DNA from: Candidatus Obscuribacteraceae bacterium
Lineage (GTDB): Bacteria; Cyanobacteriota; Vampirovibrionia; Obscuribacterales; Obscuribacteraceae
Assembly (NCBI GenBank): GCA_044226015.1
Contig: JBGAHS010000006.1
Coordinates: forward strand, 416,001-480,000
Length of the DNA stretch: 64,000 nucleotides
Direction of reading: 5' to 3'
The notes under the pieces: model-generated
Databases searched by the model: none
Told to the model about the DNA's origin: nothing
Seen by the model: only the letters and a program-made list of their open reading frames with translations
In this document: positions 41,312 through 52,000 of the stretch, one piece after another
Layout of the letters: the number at the start of each line of letters is the position of its first letter
Position numbering within the stretch: the stretch's first letter is position 1
Translations under genes and position numbers: made by a program

Positions 41312-41474
41312 CCTGCAAATCCCGGTTATCCGAAACACTCATCTGATTTTAACGCGAACGATAAGTAAAATCCTTCAAACTACGCCAACACTCTGTAAAA
41401 CAGTACTTAATATATGGTCATTGCAGTCGTCAAGCCCCTTTTCATTTAGATACTTAAGACCAGACGACGCATTT

Positions 41475-41504
41475 TTCGCAGCTAAGCGCCTTGCACCGTA
41501 TAAT
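41475..41504 (+). promoter_or_regulatory. Sigma70-type promoter of argS, probably leaderless
   Basis: Perfect TATAAT at 41499-41504, 6 nt before ATG 41511; no Shine-Dalgarno. Confidence 0.6.
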
Positions 41505-41510
41505 ACCCGC

Positions 41511-43265
41511 ATGAAAAACACTATAACCACAATTAAATCCCGGCTGAAAGAAGCTGCAGTCAAATCTTTCGGTTCTGAACTTGAAAACATCGAGCCTCAG
41601 GTCGATGCTGCAAGTAATCCGACATTCGGCGACTTCCAGAGCAACATTGCTATGGTTTTGACCAAACAATTGAAAAAACCACCAAGAGCAATCGCGGAAG
41701 CAATCGTTCAGAATCTCGAAAGCGACGGCATTTACGATACCCCATCAGTTGCGGGTGCAGGCTTCATCAATTTGAAGCTAAAAAAAGAATACCTTGAGTC
41801 ACAGCTGAACGCTATCAAAAAAGACCCCAGACTAGGCATCGCTAAAGCAGCTCCACCAAAGAATGTGGTAGTTGATATGTCCAGCCCCAACATAGCAAAA
41901 GAGATGCATGTAGGACATTTGCGCTCTACAATCATTGGTGATGCGATAGCAAGAGCATATGATTTTCTCGGTCATAACGTAATCAAAGTGAACCATGTAG
42001 GTGATTGGGGAACGCAGTTTGGAATGCTTATTGCGGAGTTGAAAGAAAAATATCCGCAAGCACTAACTCAACAAGATGCTCTCGACCTGGGCGATTTGGT
42101 CGATTTTTATAAGCAATCGAAAAAGCACTTTGACGAAGATGCCGATTTCAAGGCACGCGCGCATCAGGAAGTAGTAAGCCTTCAATCAGGAAATGCCGAT
42201 AGTATCAAGGCATGGAAACTCTTATGCAATCAGTCGAGAAAAGCATTCGAGGAAATCTACGACATACTCGACATTCGCAATTTGAACGAACGCGGCGAAT
42301 CCTTTTATAATGACATGCTTGCCGACACAGTTGAAGGACTGGTTGAGAAAGGCATTGCGGTTGAAGACCAGGGGGCTCTCTGCGTTTTCCTCGATGGCTT
42401 CACCAACGAAGAAGGTAAACCGTTCCCTCTTATCGTCAAGAAAAAAGACGGCGGCTTCAATTATGCCACCACCGATATAGCAGCAATAAGACACAGAGTT
42501 GGCCCCCCAGATAATGCTGATGAAATCATTTACGTTGTTGGTGCAGAGCAATCATTACACTTGCAGATGATTCGCCTGGCTGCAATCAAAGCCGGTTGGT
42601 TGCCTGAAAGAGTTCGCACCGAACACGTGGGCTTTGGTGCAGTTCTGGGTGAAGACGGAAAGAAACTGAAAACCAGGTCAGGTGAAACAGTTCGCTTGAA
42701 AGACTTGCTTGATGAAGCAGTGGCTCACGCACGAGAAGACATAGAATCACGGTTTCAAGACAAAGAAAGCGCTGAGTGGAAAGATTCTATAGCACAGCTG
42801 ATAGGAATAGCCGCAGTCAAATACGCAGACTTGAGCTTGAACCGAATGACCAATTACATGTTCAGCTTCAAAAAGATGCTAAGTCTTCAAGGAAATACGG
42901 CACCATATATGATGTATGCATATGTGCGCGTGCGAGGCATAGCCAGAACTGCTGGCATCAAATTTGAAGAAATCGATGACAGCGCCAAAATGAATCTAGA
43001 TAGCCCTCAAGAATTGGAATTGGCTAAACAGATTCTGAAGTTGGATGAAATTCTGGACACTGTAACTCGCGAGTTCATTCCTAACCGAATATGCGAATAT
43101 ATTTTCGAATTGAGCCAGAAATTCAACCAGTTTTATGAGAATTGCCCGGTGCTTAATGCAGAAGAACCAACGCGTACATCGCGCCTTCTACTTTGTGACA
43201 TGACCGCAAGAACCATCGAAACAGGTATGAGCCTGCTAGGAATAAATGTGCCAGATCGCATGTAG
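41511..43265 (+). CDS. argS: Arginine--tRNA ligase
   Basis: FGDFQSN, GAGFIN, SSPNIAKEMHVGHLRSTIIGD, NHVGDWGTQFGMLI, KTRSG, GNTAPY. Start is ATG 41511, not 40878. Confidence 0.98.
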   Translation: MKNTITTIKSRLKEAAVKSFGSELENIEPQVDAASNPTFGDFQSNIAMVLTKQLKKPPRAIAEAIVQNLESDGIYDTPSVAGAGFINLKLKKEYLESQLNAIKKDPRLGIAKAAPPKNVVVDMSSPNIAKEMHVGHLRSTIIGDAIARAYDFLGHNVIKVNHVGDWGTQFGMLIAELKEKYPQALTQQDALDLGDLVDFYKQSKKHFDEDADFKARAHQEVVSLQSGNADSIKAWKLLCNQSRKAFEEIYDILDIRNLNERGESFYNDMLADTVEGLVEKGIAVEDQGALCVFLDGFTNEEGKPFPLIVKKKDGGFNYATTDIAAIRHRVGPPDNADEIIYVVGAEQSLHLQMIRLAAIKAGWLPERVRTEHVGFGAVLGEDGKKLKTRSGETVRLKDLLDEAVAHAREDIESRFQDKESAEWKDSIAQLIGIAAVKYADLSLNRMTNYMFSFKKMLSLQGNTAPYMMYAYVRVRGIARTAGIKFEEIDDSAKMNLDSPQELELAKQILKLDEILDTVTREFIPNRICEYIFELSQKFNQFYENCPVLNAEEPTRTSRLLLCDMTARTIETGMSLLGINVPDRM

Positions 43266-43266
43266 C

Positions 43267-44067
43267 ATGGCAAGATCAATTTTGAAGCAAACCATAACTC
43301 TGCTCTTTTTGCTTTTGCTTACAACTTCACTGGTAGAAGCAAAAGACGGAGTCAATGCTGCCTCTAGCAATGGAGCGGAGCAAAGCCTGATACTCCAGGG
43401 TGGCTTAAAAATGAGCGAGAAGATAATGCCAGTTCCGCTCAATTTGAAAAGCGGAAGTTCGTTTTACAGCGCAATGATAAGTGACAACGAAGAAGAGGAT
43501 GAGTGGATCAAATTACCATCCTGGCGCGCTGGTATTTTCGAAAGACATACAGCATCACGCCAACGAAAAACTGATAGCAACAAATCACACGTCTTTAGGT
43601 CCAAATACGTGACACCTGAACAAGTGCTACAGAAGGATCGCAATGGTGGCATATGGCAATATTTGACGGCGCCAGAGCACCAGAGCATCGATATCGGAGC
43701 CTATGTTCAATACTCGAAGATTACGGATAACGAGATAATTGAATCATCCGAAAAAGAAGAACTAATGCGCACAAAATTCCTTTCTCTCAAGGTAGACAAA
43801 ACCAGCGGGAAAATTTTGGAAGTGTTTCAGCAAGAACAAATGGACTATTTGACACCCCTCAGAAAAGGGAAAGGATTTCACCAGGATAGCTACGTCAAAT
43901 GGTTTGATGAGACCGGACAGGCAAGCAGCAAACCAACAGATGAAATGTCTGCGGACATGATACTCGTAAAACCCTATAGCCTGAGCAACAGCTACAAAGG
44001 CAAAGATATGCGTGCAAGCTTACGACAATATCTAAAGAATCATAATCTAGAAGAATTGATACCTTAA
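43267..44067 (+). CDS. Exported hypothetical protein
   Basis: Signal peptide; ATG 1 nt after the argS stop. Confidence 0.8.
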   Translation: MARSILKQTITLLFLLLLTTSLVEAKDGVNAASSNGAEQSLILQGGLKMSEKIMPVPLNLKSGSSFYSAMISDNEEEDEWIKLPSWRAGIFERHTASRQRKTDSNKSHVFRSKYVTPEQVLQKDRNGGIWQYLTAPEHQSIDIGAYVQYSKITDNEIIESSEKEELMRTKFLSLKVDKTSGKILEVFQQEQMDYLTPLRKGKGFHQDSYVKWFDETGQASSKPTDEMSADMILVKPYSLSNSYKGKDMRASLRQYLKNHNLEELIP

Positions 44068-44094
44068 TAAAGGAAAAGAGAAGGGAATCTAAAT

Positions 44095-44881
44095 TTGGAA
44101 TTGAGTGAATCTCGTTAAGGTTCGATGGCTAAATCGCCTTCTGATATAGATCGAACTAAAAGTCGATATACATTCTGCTTTCGAACCGATTCATGCGACC
44201 GTCCATCGAGCAAACTTCAACAAGCTCAATGCTTTGCGGACTTTGCGGAATTCCGCAAGAGCTTTGCGTGAAAGCTAATTGTTCAAACTCAGTGCAAAAA
44301 GCATAATCAACTCATCCTCGAAATGAGATGAGTTCGAGCAACCCTGAAGCTTTGAACTCCTCTCGCGAGAGGACAACTAATTCGAACTGACAAACAAGTT
44401 TTTTTACCCGGTGGATCCGTGCTTTGCCGGTTGCCCCGAGACGCAACCGGCAGGGCACAGACTCTGAAAGATCAGTCGAAAAAGTTGAGTGTTGCCGAGG
44501 GCGCCGCAATCGGCACAATTGCAGCGATCTGTTGCTCTGAGAACCGCCTACCTCTGAAGGCATAAAGCGCACTGTCCTGGAGAGTTGCAATGTTTTGGCT
44601 AGACAGTTGAATGGGAGCATCTTCTGTCAAAGCCGCGGCGAGTGAATTGATACTCTTCAATTCACTTCGAAATTCGGATTACGGGGAATAATCCGAACGC
44701 AAGGCGATTGGACCGAGCTAGAGCCATTGCTCACCATCGCAGCTGTGCCTCTAGCGTAGCAGAGGGGAATCTGCTTCACTAGAGGCGCAGCAAATCAAAG
44801 AGCTATCTTTGATTGATTATAAGAAGGAAACGATCGTTTGAAGAATGAGTGCTGGGTAGCAGAGCCCAGCACTCATTCTTC
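44095..44881 (+). ncRNA. Candidate large structured non-coding RNA (array of consecutive hairpins), family unassigned
   Basis: About 15 adjacent stem-loops and no convincing ORF; G-U wobbles are consistent with the + strand. Boundaries approximate. Confidence 0.55.
44840..44881. terminator. Perfect 17-bp hairpin, probably a bidirectional 3' end
   Basis: GAAGAATGAGTGCTGGG-tagcagag-CCCAGCACTCATTCTTC, 40 bp past the stop of the convergent 1270-aa gene. Confidence 0.7.
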
Positions 44882-44921
44882 TATTACGGCTAAGCACAAT
44901 TACATGCCAGAGAATAACAGT

Positions 44922-47900
44922 TTACTGCATCCCGTTCTTTGTCTGCTTCGCTTGCCAGGCTTCGCGGAATTTCTTGACGCTACTATTGAAATCGTCAATC
45001 ACATTGGCATGAAGCGAAATTTGGAGTGGTTCCATCAACCTCTGTCCTAATGCAATTCTCATTTCAGTTCTGTTTCTAAAATCTCGCGTCAATGCTGATG
45101 AAAATTCAGGGACAGTTATGAGTTTGTTGATTCGACCGATCAATTGAATTCTGTCACTCTCTGTTCCCCACGAAGAGAAATTCTCGATATGCTGCCGAGC
45201 CTGAAGCAGATATTCTGGAGACTTGGTGCCAAGCAAAAGTCCGATTGCTTGTGTTCTTACAGGCGAGGAAGTATCAACCAAGTTACTCGCTAATTCATAA
45301 GCTCGATCAGGGTTAACTTTGAAGATTGTGTCCAATGCCTCAGTCGAGAACTTACTCCTTTCTTTGAGTCTGGCGATCATCAAATCTTCAGGCATGAGTT
45401 CACGAGCAGCGGCAATGAGTTTAGGATCGCCAGAGGCACCCAAGACGCGCAGGTTGCTGGCAGCAGCGGAAAACGTTTTGGTATCGGATATCCAGGCTCG
45501 ATAGTCAACCTTTGACTGAGCTTTAGCAGCATCGTAAGAGGCTCGCAAAGCATCATCATATAGTTCAGGTTTCTTTTCTGCAATTCGCTCGAGTAATGTT
45601 TGCATTGCCAGTTTGCTGATGTGATCTGCATTTGGATTTGCAGCCAACCGTTTTGCTTGAGCTAGTACCAGATGCTGCAGCGGAGTTGGATCCTTCATCA
45701 CCTTAAGTTGACTTACAATCTCAGGCATGCCACGGAGTAACCATGACGGCATATCTTGATTAACCAGCATGCGAAGTGCCATTATTTGCGCTGGACCATT
45801 AGACAATGCCAGACGACGACTAGCAAAATACTGTTCATTCGTTCCGTGTATTGGACTGATAAGTTCAAGGGCAGTTTTTGCACTTTCTGGAGCGCTGCCA
45901 TTCATGGCGAGTTGCTCTAAAGCAGAAATGGGAAATAATCTTGCTGCCAATTCTTTGCTGGCACCTGGCTCTGCAAGAGCTTTTGCCAGTTCGAGACTGG
46001 CCTTGTGATAAGGCATAGCTGGGTCTAGAATATTCGCTACAGAATACGTATTTAGAAGTTGAACCATCTTCTCGTAGTTTCTTGCGCGCAAGGCGAATGA
46101 TTGTGGGTCTACAGCCTTCATCAACTCAAGACTCAAGACAACCCTTGCAACTACATCGCGACTAAAATTGCCGTCAGCTGGTCTTGCATCGGCAGCAGCT
46201 TCTAGCGCTTTCTTATCGACAAGTTTTTCAGCAAAGGCTCTGCTCTCTGGAGACGAGTACAACATTCGAACTAAGGAGGTGCTTTCAAGAACATCTTGAA
46301 TTTTATGGCTTGCAAGCTTTTCATTTAGGCTCTTCACTGCCTTAGGCAGCACTTCCGTATCAATATAATCGAGCCTCCTTGTCAGCTCTTCTCGCCCCTT
46401 GCTATTCTCACTTTCGGGAGCCTTCGCCATACTTGCCCTGAGCGCACTACCTATGATGGCAGTTCTTATAGGTGCCTTCTCAGCAAGAGTTAGAAAATAC
46501 TCGGGAGAAGGATCCAAAACGGCTTCGCCGAAGCTAGTTGCCCAATTTTCGCTGCTGTTCCTTTTGCCGTAAGAGCGCAAGACAAACGGTTCGAGTTTTA
46601 TTGCTTGCGAATAGGCCGCAAAGGTATGGGGATACTCAGCTTGCATAAGATGAGTCCATTCGTGATTTAGAACCGTTGGAACTTCGTTGAATACCTGGCT
46701 GCTTTCTTTGAATAATCGAATTCGTCCGCCACCACTACTTGTCGCGTCAGCCAGGGTGTCTTTAGAGGCACTGTAAGCTAAAGAACTGTCATCAGTCAAA
46801 ACTAGTAGCTGATTGAGCCTGCGATTAGGAAGCCTGTCCAAATATTGTCCAAAGTACTCAGGCAACAAGTGGTCGCGATAAGGAGAAGTAAACAATGTTC
46901 TCCTGGCTTCATTTATTTGCTCGCGAATTTCTGGAAGCATAGATGGTGACAAGGTAGCTGTCCGGCGCAAATCGCGCAACTCATCAAGCCTGGCGGCGTG
47001 AGTCTCCTCGACAGCGATTGTCTGAGTTCGCTCACGCAGCCCAGAGAGGAACTTGTCGAAAGTGTCCTGATTGATAGTTCGCTCTTTTAACTGCTCTCTT
47101 CTATCGGCAAGCTCTACTGTCTGCTCTTGCGACATAATTCTGTAGACACGCACATTGAGATTTGATTTAACCAACGGAGGAAGGTCTTCTGGCTTCGCAT
47201 CTGCTGTAACAGCTCTGTGTTCCATCCGCAAACTCGTCCGTTCATACATCTGTCCGGAACTAGCTGGCAATATTCTCAACTCAGCCTGCCATGGCTGTTC
47301 CATTCTTTCAGCAGACATATTCAACGCGAGGTAAGTGTCGATAGATTTGGCTTTGACAATAGCAGAATCATATCCAATGCCCAAAAGCTTGTTCCATCTG
47401 TTGCCAGTGCTGTCCACAGACTTGCCATAATTTTCCTGCAAGCTCCAGACCCGAAACGGCGCAGTTTCGGCACTGCGGTGCATGAAGCCAGATGATTCAA
47501 GGCTGCCATAAGGAACCCAGATTGAATTGGCCCCTCGCTTTTCACTCACGGACTTTTCGCTAAAAATGCGACCATCTTCGAGCTGCCAGAATTTCCCTTT
47601 TTCTGTTTCGTACTGTTTTGCACCGTTAAGTGCACCTTCTTCTGGACGATTATTTTCTCCAATCTTTTTTGCCACCAGAGACTCAATGAGATTTGCTTTC
47701 ACAGGTGCATTATCATTGGCAAGATTGAACTTCATTGGTGATCTTGAAACAATTCCTATGCCATCAATCTGTTCAGTAATAGAAACTGGTTCGTTCATTG
47801 CTCTAGCGACATTCGAGTCTAGAGGCACTTCTTTGGGACTGACTGTCTCTGCTTGGGCGCTTACAATCTTTTCCGGAGATAAGCCAGCTTCATTCTGAGC

Positions 47901-48734
47901 TTGTGCCTGGCGGCTGATGTGACGGCTGGCAATTATGCCACCTGGTGCTGCGGCTAGCCCTGAACTCAGTCCTTCCAGAGTTCCTCGATAGACAATTTCG
48001 CCTAAATCATAATGTCCAGACTGATACTGCCGTTGTGCCTCTGCAGATGAACCAGAGAGAAAACCGAAACTTGCACCAGTTGAGATAGTCTGCATGACTG
48101 TACTGCGCTCAAGCAAACCTCTGGTGAGCACGTTTGCTGACTTCATTATCAGAGCTGAACCAGAAAACACAGCTATATCCGTAGCAAGCGCAGGCAAATT
48201 CACTGCACCAGAGGCGGTATTATACAAACCACGAGATAGACTGAACTCTCGATTCTCATCCAAGTAGCTCTGTCGCGTTAAACCGCCATCTATCAATCTC
48301 GAACTAATACCAAAGCTCATCGCCTTAGCGGAGATTTCTAGCGGCTTCCCACTCAAAAACTTGGGTGCTAAGCCTGCCTCGACCAGCCCATTTACCCCGC
48401 TAAAGTTCACTCTTCCGAGCAAGTCGAAACTGCCTTTGGTCAGGGCACCTTTGCCCGCCCCCAAAGCAAAATCGTTCAACTGGTCCGAGAGAGCATCTCC
48501 CTGCTTCGCTTCATCGAGCCCCGCGAGGACAGCAGCCGCACCATAACCAACGGCGGCAGCCCTTCGACTTATCGATGGCAAAAACAGCGGAACAGTTTTG
48601 GCGAATTGAGCTAAATAACCTGCCAATTCATTGCGAAAGGAAGAGCTGCTGTCGTCAGCTGGATGCGCGACGGTGTCGATGGCATTTTTGATGCCAGATT
48701 TCAGCAGAGAATCTTTTTCTCGATTCAGTTCCAT
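44922..48734 (-). CDS. Large toxin/effector-like protein: Gly/Ala-rich hydrophobic N-terminus, LF-like HExxH protease domain, helical C-terminus
   Basis: 1270 aa, no Sec signal; LNHEWTH plus SYGKRNSSENWA. Confidence 0.7.
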   Translation of the reverse strand: MELNREKDSLLKSGIKNAIDTVAHPADDSSSSFRNELAGYLAQFAKTVPLFLPSISRRAAAVGYGAAAVLAGLDEAKQGDALSDQLNDFALGAGKGALTKGSFDLLGRVNFSGVNGLVEAGLAPKFLSGKPLEISAKAMSFGISSRLIDGGLTRQSYLDENREFSLSRGLYNTASGAVNLPALATDIAVFSGSALIMKSANVLTRGLLERSTVMQTISTGASFGFLSGSSAEAQRQYQSGHYDLGEIVYRGTLEGLSSGLAAAPGGIIASRHISRQAQAQNEAGLSPEKIVSAQAETVSPKEVPLDSNVARAMNEPVSITEQIDGIGIVSRSPMKFNLANDNAPVKANLIESLVAKKIGENNRPEEGALNGAKQYETEKGKFWQLEDGRIFSEKSVSEKRGANSIWVPYGSLESSGFMHRSAETAPFRVWSLQENYGKSVDSTGNRWNKLLGIGYDSAIVKAKSIDTYLALNMSAERMEQPWQAELRILPASSGQMYERTSLRMEHRAVTADAKPEDLPPLVKSNLNVRVYRIMSQEQTVELADRREQLKERTINQDTFDKFLSGLRERTQTIAVEETHAARLDELRDLRRTATLSPSMLPEIREQINEARRTLFTSPYRDHLLPEYFGQYLDRLPNRRLNQLLVLTDDSSLAYSASKDTLADATSSGGGRIRLFKESSQVFNEVPTVLNHEWTHLMQAEYPHTFAAYSQAIKLEPFVLRSYGKRNSSENWATSFGEAVLDPSPEYFLTLAEKAPIRTAIIGSALRASMAKAPESENSKGREELTRRLDYIDTEVLPKAVKSLNEKLASHKIQDVLESTSLVRMLYSSPESRAFAEKLVDKKALEAAADARPADGNFSRDVVARVVLSLELMKAVDPQSFALRARNYEKMVQLLNTYSVANILDPAMPYHKASLELAKALAEPGASKELAARLFPISALEQLAMNGSAPESAKTALELISPIHGTNEQYFASRRLALSNGPAQIMALRMLVNQDMPSWLLRGMPEIVSQLKVMKDPTPLQHLVLAQAKRLAANPNADHISKLAMQTLLERIAEKKPELYDDALRASYDAAKAQSKVDYRAWISDTKTFSAAASNLRVLGASGDPKLIAAARELMPEDLMIARLKERSKFSTEALDTIFKVNPDRAYELASNLVDTSSPVRTQAIGLLLGTKSPEYLLQARQHIENFSSWGTESDRIQLIGRINKLITVPEFSSALTRDFRNRTEMRIALGQRLMEPLQISLHANVIDDFNSSVKKFREAWQAKQTKNGMQ

Positions 48735-49083
48735 TTTGCGCCCATTTTCCGATAGCTCAAGGATATGGAACGCAGACTGCTTGAGCTACGGGGATTGGTG
48801 TACAACTGGAGTGAGCAAACTGCGATTGTCCCCATTTACCACTGCACAATTCCACGGTCAATTTGATTACTCCAAAATCAATGTCACTAATCCACAGACT
48901 TAAGCGACTCGGGTGTTTTGGGACAAGATAAATTCTCAGGAAAAACCGAGAATTAATCTAGCTCAAAATGGGCACATTAAATCTAGGATTGACCTATTAA
49001 ACGATGTCAAGAAACATTATGGGTACGCATAGAATAAGACAGCGGCAGAATTGCTCTTGCCGAATTCATGAGCCTAATTGAAC

Positions 49084-52000
49084 ATGCCATTAGAAGAGCA
49101 AGATGACAGCATAAAGAAGCGGCACGAAGAGCCCGACAATAGCTCGTCCAGACTAAGGTCTGAGAGCGATCTTGCCTTGCGCGAAAATATGAACACTTCG
49201 CGTTCGCCGTCAGATACATCCAAAGTACCAGCCATCTCGCTAGATGAGAGCCGCACGACATCGAACAAAACTGACACACGTCAAGTTGTGACCAGAGTTT
49301 CAGATGACGATGCCTCACCGGATTCATTTTTTGCTCCGAGAAAAGACAATGGCTCAGCAAAGCCGTCTCCTCAAGCCGAGCTTCCGCCAAATTCCAAAGG
49401 AACACTCAAAGAGAATTTCAACAGCAGTCCCGATATCAATACAAAGCAAGATACTTATTCGGTGAAAAACGTAGCTGAGAAAACTCAGCAGAACTCGTCG
49501 GACAGTGGCAGCGCTTACCGCAGCGTGGCTGATACTCTCACGAGGACTGCCGCCGGTGTTGGCGCGAGCTTGGTGCACGAAATTAACAATGCAAATGCCA
49601 GAATTGCGACTGAAACGGCAATGGCGGCAAACTCTCCTGTTCAATCGTTAAAGTCAGAAATCAAAAACAATATAGAACCCTCCTTCACCAGTCCAAAGCA
49701 ACTTGAAAAACTGGAAGCCAATTCCGCGTCCATTGGAAACATGTTGAACAGTGCTTCGCGCGAGGTAGGGTCTGCCTTGGCTCAAAAGGCTTCGCTTGCA
49801 GGCTCTGTCGGTGAATTGGTGAACCGCAGCGACTCGATGAAACAAGAGATGCAGCATTATGCCCAAGCAGCTAAAGCAGTCGAGGCGCATAATCTGGAAA
49901 CTCGCGCTGACGGTCTCAAAGGTGATGGATATGCAGGCGCCAAGAGTTACGAAAACATGGTCAAGAACGACGCTTTCAATTCGTTCGCAGCGAAAGAAGC
50001 CCTGAAAATGGAAAACAGCGGCGGAGCGAAAACAGAATCTGGCTTGCTTCACGGAGCTGATAACACAAACGGCATTCTTCCAAAAATCGAAGGCGCTATC
50101 AGAAACAACGGAGAGCCCGGAGCAAAATCTCCCGAGCCAGCCGGGCGTTCACTGGAAGCAGCGATCAAAACCTCGGGCGATTCAATTCGAACGACGGAGT
50201 CTCGCCTGTCCGAACAAGGTAAGCAGCTCGGAGAGCAATTGTCCAAGTCGCCTGAGCTGGGCGCGAAAATCAACTCGCAAGATCTGCGCTCCAATGTCCC
50301 AGAAAATACATTGAAGCCCGGTGCTATAGACAATGCACGCTTGAGCCCGTCGGACTCAAGCATCAAGTCTAATGCACCGGAACAAAGCAATAAGGTAAGT
50401 CCAAGCGACAACGGCAGCAGAGTCAACAGCCCAGAAACGGTTTCCAGACCACAAACAGAGCCAGGCAACAAAGTTGGACTAGAGCCAGTGCACAAGACTA
50501 CTGCAGACAATATTGTTAGCAAGAGCACTGCTGACAATGTAGCCAAAGTTTCGGCCGATAGTTCGTTGAAGGGCTCAACTATTCCAGGTGCAAAAGTTGA
50601 ACCTGGCACTCATACTGAAGCAGCAAAGCTAGAAGCAGTTCGTGTTGGTGAACAAAAAAATCAGACCGGTGCGGTGAAAGACGCGGGCACAAATTCAACT
50701 ATAGGAAAATCAGAAACCGCAGCTAATAGCATTGCCATCAAACTTGATCCTTCAAAAGGCGAACTTTCTACAAAAGGCGACCATGCAGCAATCAAGCTCG
50801 ATGCCGGAGTTGCCGTAAAGAGCGCTATGCTAAACAGTAGTGAAATGCACTCGGCGGTGCAAAATAGCATTTCTAAACTTGATGCACGGACTCTTCCAAG
50901 CACTAATAATGATGCCGCTAAAGTTATTTTGCAAGGAAAAGTAGAAAACCAGACAAGCATTACTGGAGCCAGAGACAACGGTGCAAGGGACATACAAACG
51001 AATAAATCTGCGCAAGCAGAAGTAAGCACCACACGCAGTATCGCACAATCAAATCTTTCAGCTAAGGCAGAGGAACATATCGTCGCCGGAAAAAATCAGT
51101 CCTCGCAACTTGAGGGGAAGGTGAATACTAGCAATATCAACAATATTGCCGGCACTCGCAATGCGGAAGTTGCTGCAGCAGGCGGTCGCGCTCAAGCCAA
51201 TATCGCGCAAGGCAAAGAAATAAGCGGCGGCAACCGGGCAGACTTGAATGGACGAAGCGATGCAACAGTTGGACAGAAAGGAAGCACCATCGGTAATGCC
51301 GCAATACTTGGCGGAAAAGTTGCCGGCGATGCTGCTGTCGGAGTTAAAGGTGCTGGACGCGCCATCCGCGCTGAAGGCGGCAGGTATCTAACAGGTGTAG
51401 AAATCGGACTACTAATTGCAGCGGTGGGTATCGCCAAAGCACGTAACGATGCTCGCAACGCCAAACCAGGGGAAGGGGCAGCTAAAGAATTTAGCACTCA
51501 TAAAGGTTTCCTCACCGAAAGAGGTTCGCGTATTACCGAACTCACTGCAAATGTGCGTCGATTCCCAGGAAAAGAAATTACATTGTCCGCCATGTTGGCA
51601 ATTACCGGTGCTGCAGGCAAACAAAGCGAACAGGCTAACGGCATGGCTAACCGCAGTATGGATTTCAATATTAGAATCGAGAGAAGCATTGGTGCAACCG
51701 GTGGAAAAACGAGCAAGGAAGATCTTGTAGCAGCGGCACTGTTCCAACAAAAGGAAGCAGATCCACCTGCTGAACTTACAGATAAGAAGAAGCCAGAGGA
51801 AGAAGATAGCAAGCTCGACACGCAATTGCTTGGACTACTGCCAAGCGCAGCCTTGTTGCGTGGACGAAAGAACGAAGCAGAAGAAACTGATGAATCAGAC
51901 GATATAACTGCTGCTTCAGACTCTCTGGACCTGGGCAACACGGCATCTGCTTATCGGCGCGTCGTGAAAATAAAAGCTGAAGAAACTCTGGTGAGCATTG

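Noticed and set aside
40878..41510. 211-aa N-terminal extension of ArgS in the ORF track
   Set aside because: It lies antisense to the MshEN-repeat gene; ArgS homology begins at ATG 41511, directly after a TATAAT box.
44312..44660. Short minus-strand ORFs (102 and 62 aa) in the hairpin region
   Set aside because: No recognisable motifs or clear RBS, they overlap each other, and the region is better explained by RNA structure. Not strictly excluded.
44095..44881. CRISPR array, REP cluster, tmRNA, RNase P, T-box or self-splicing intron
   Set aside because: No repeated unit with spacers; no GAGGAAAGUCC, tag-peptide/CCA end or intron domain V. GGTGGATCCGTG only loosely resembles a T-box and no gene follows it on that strand.
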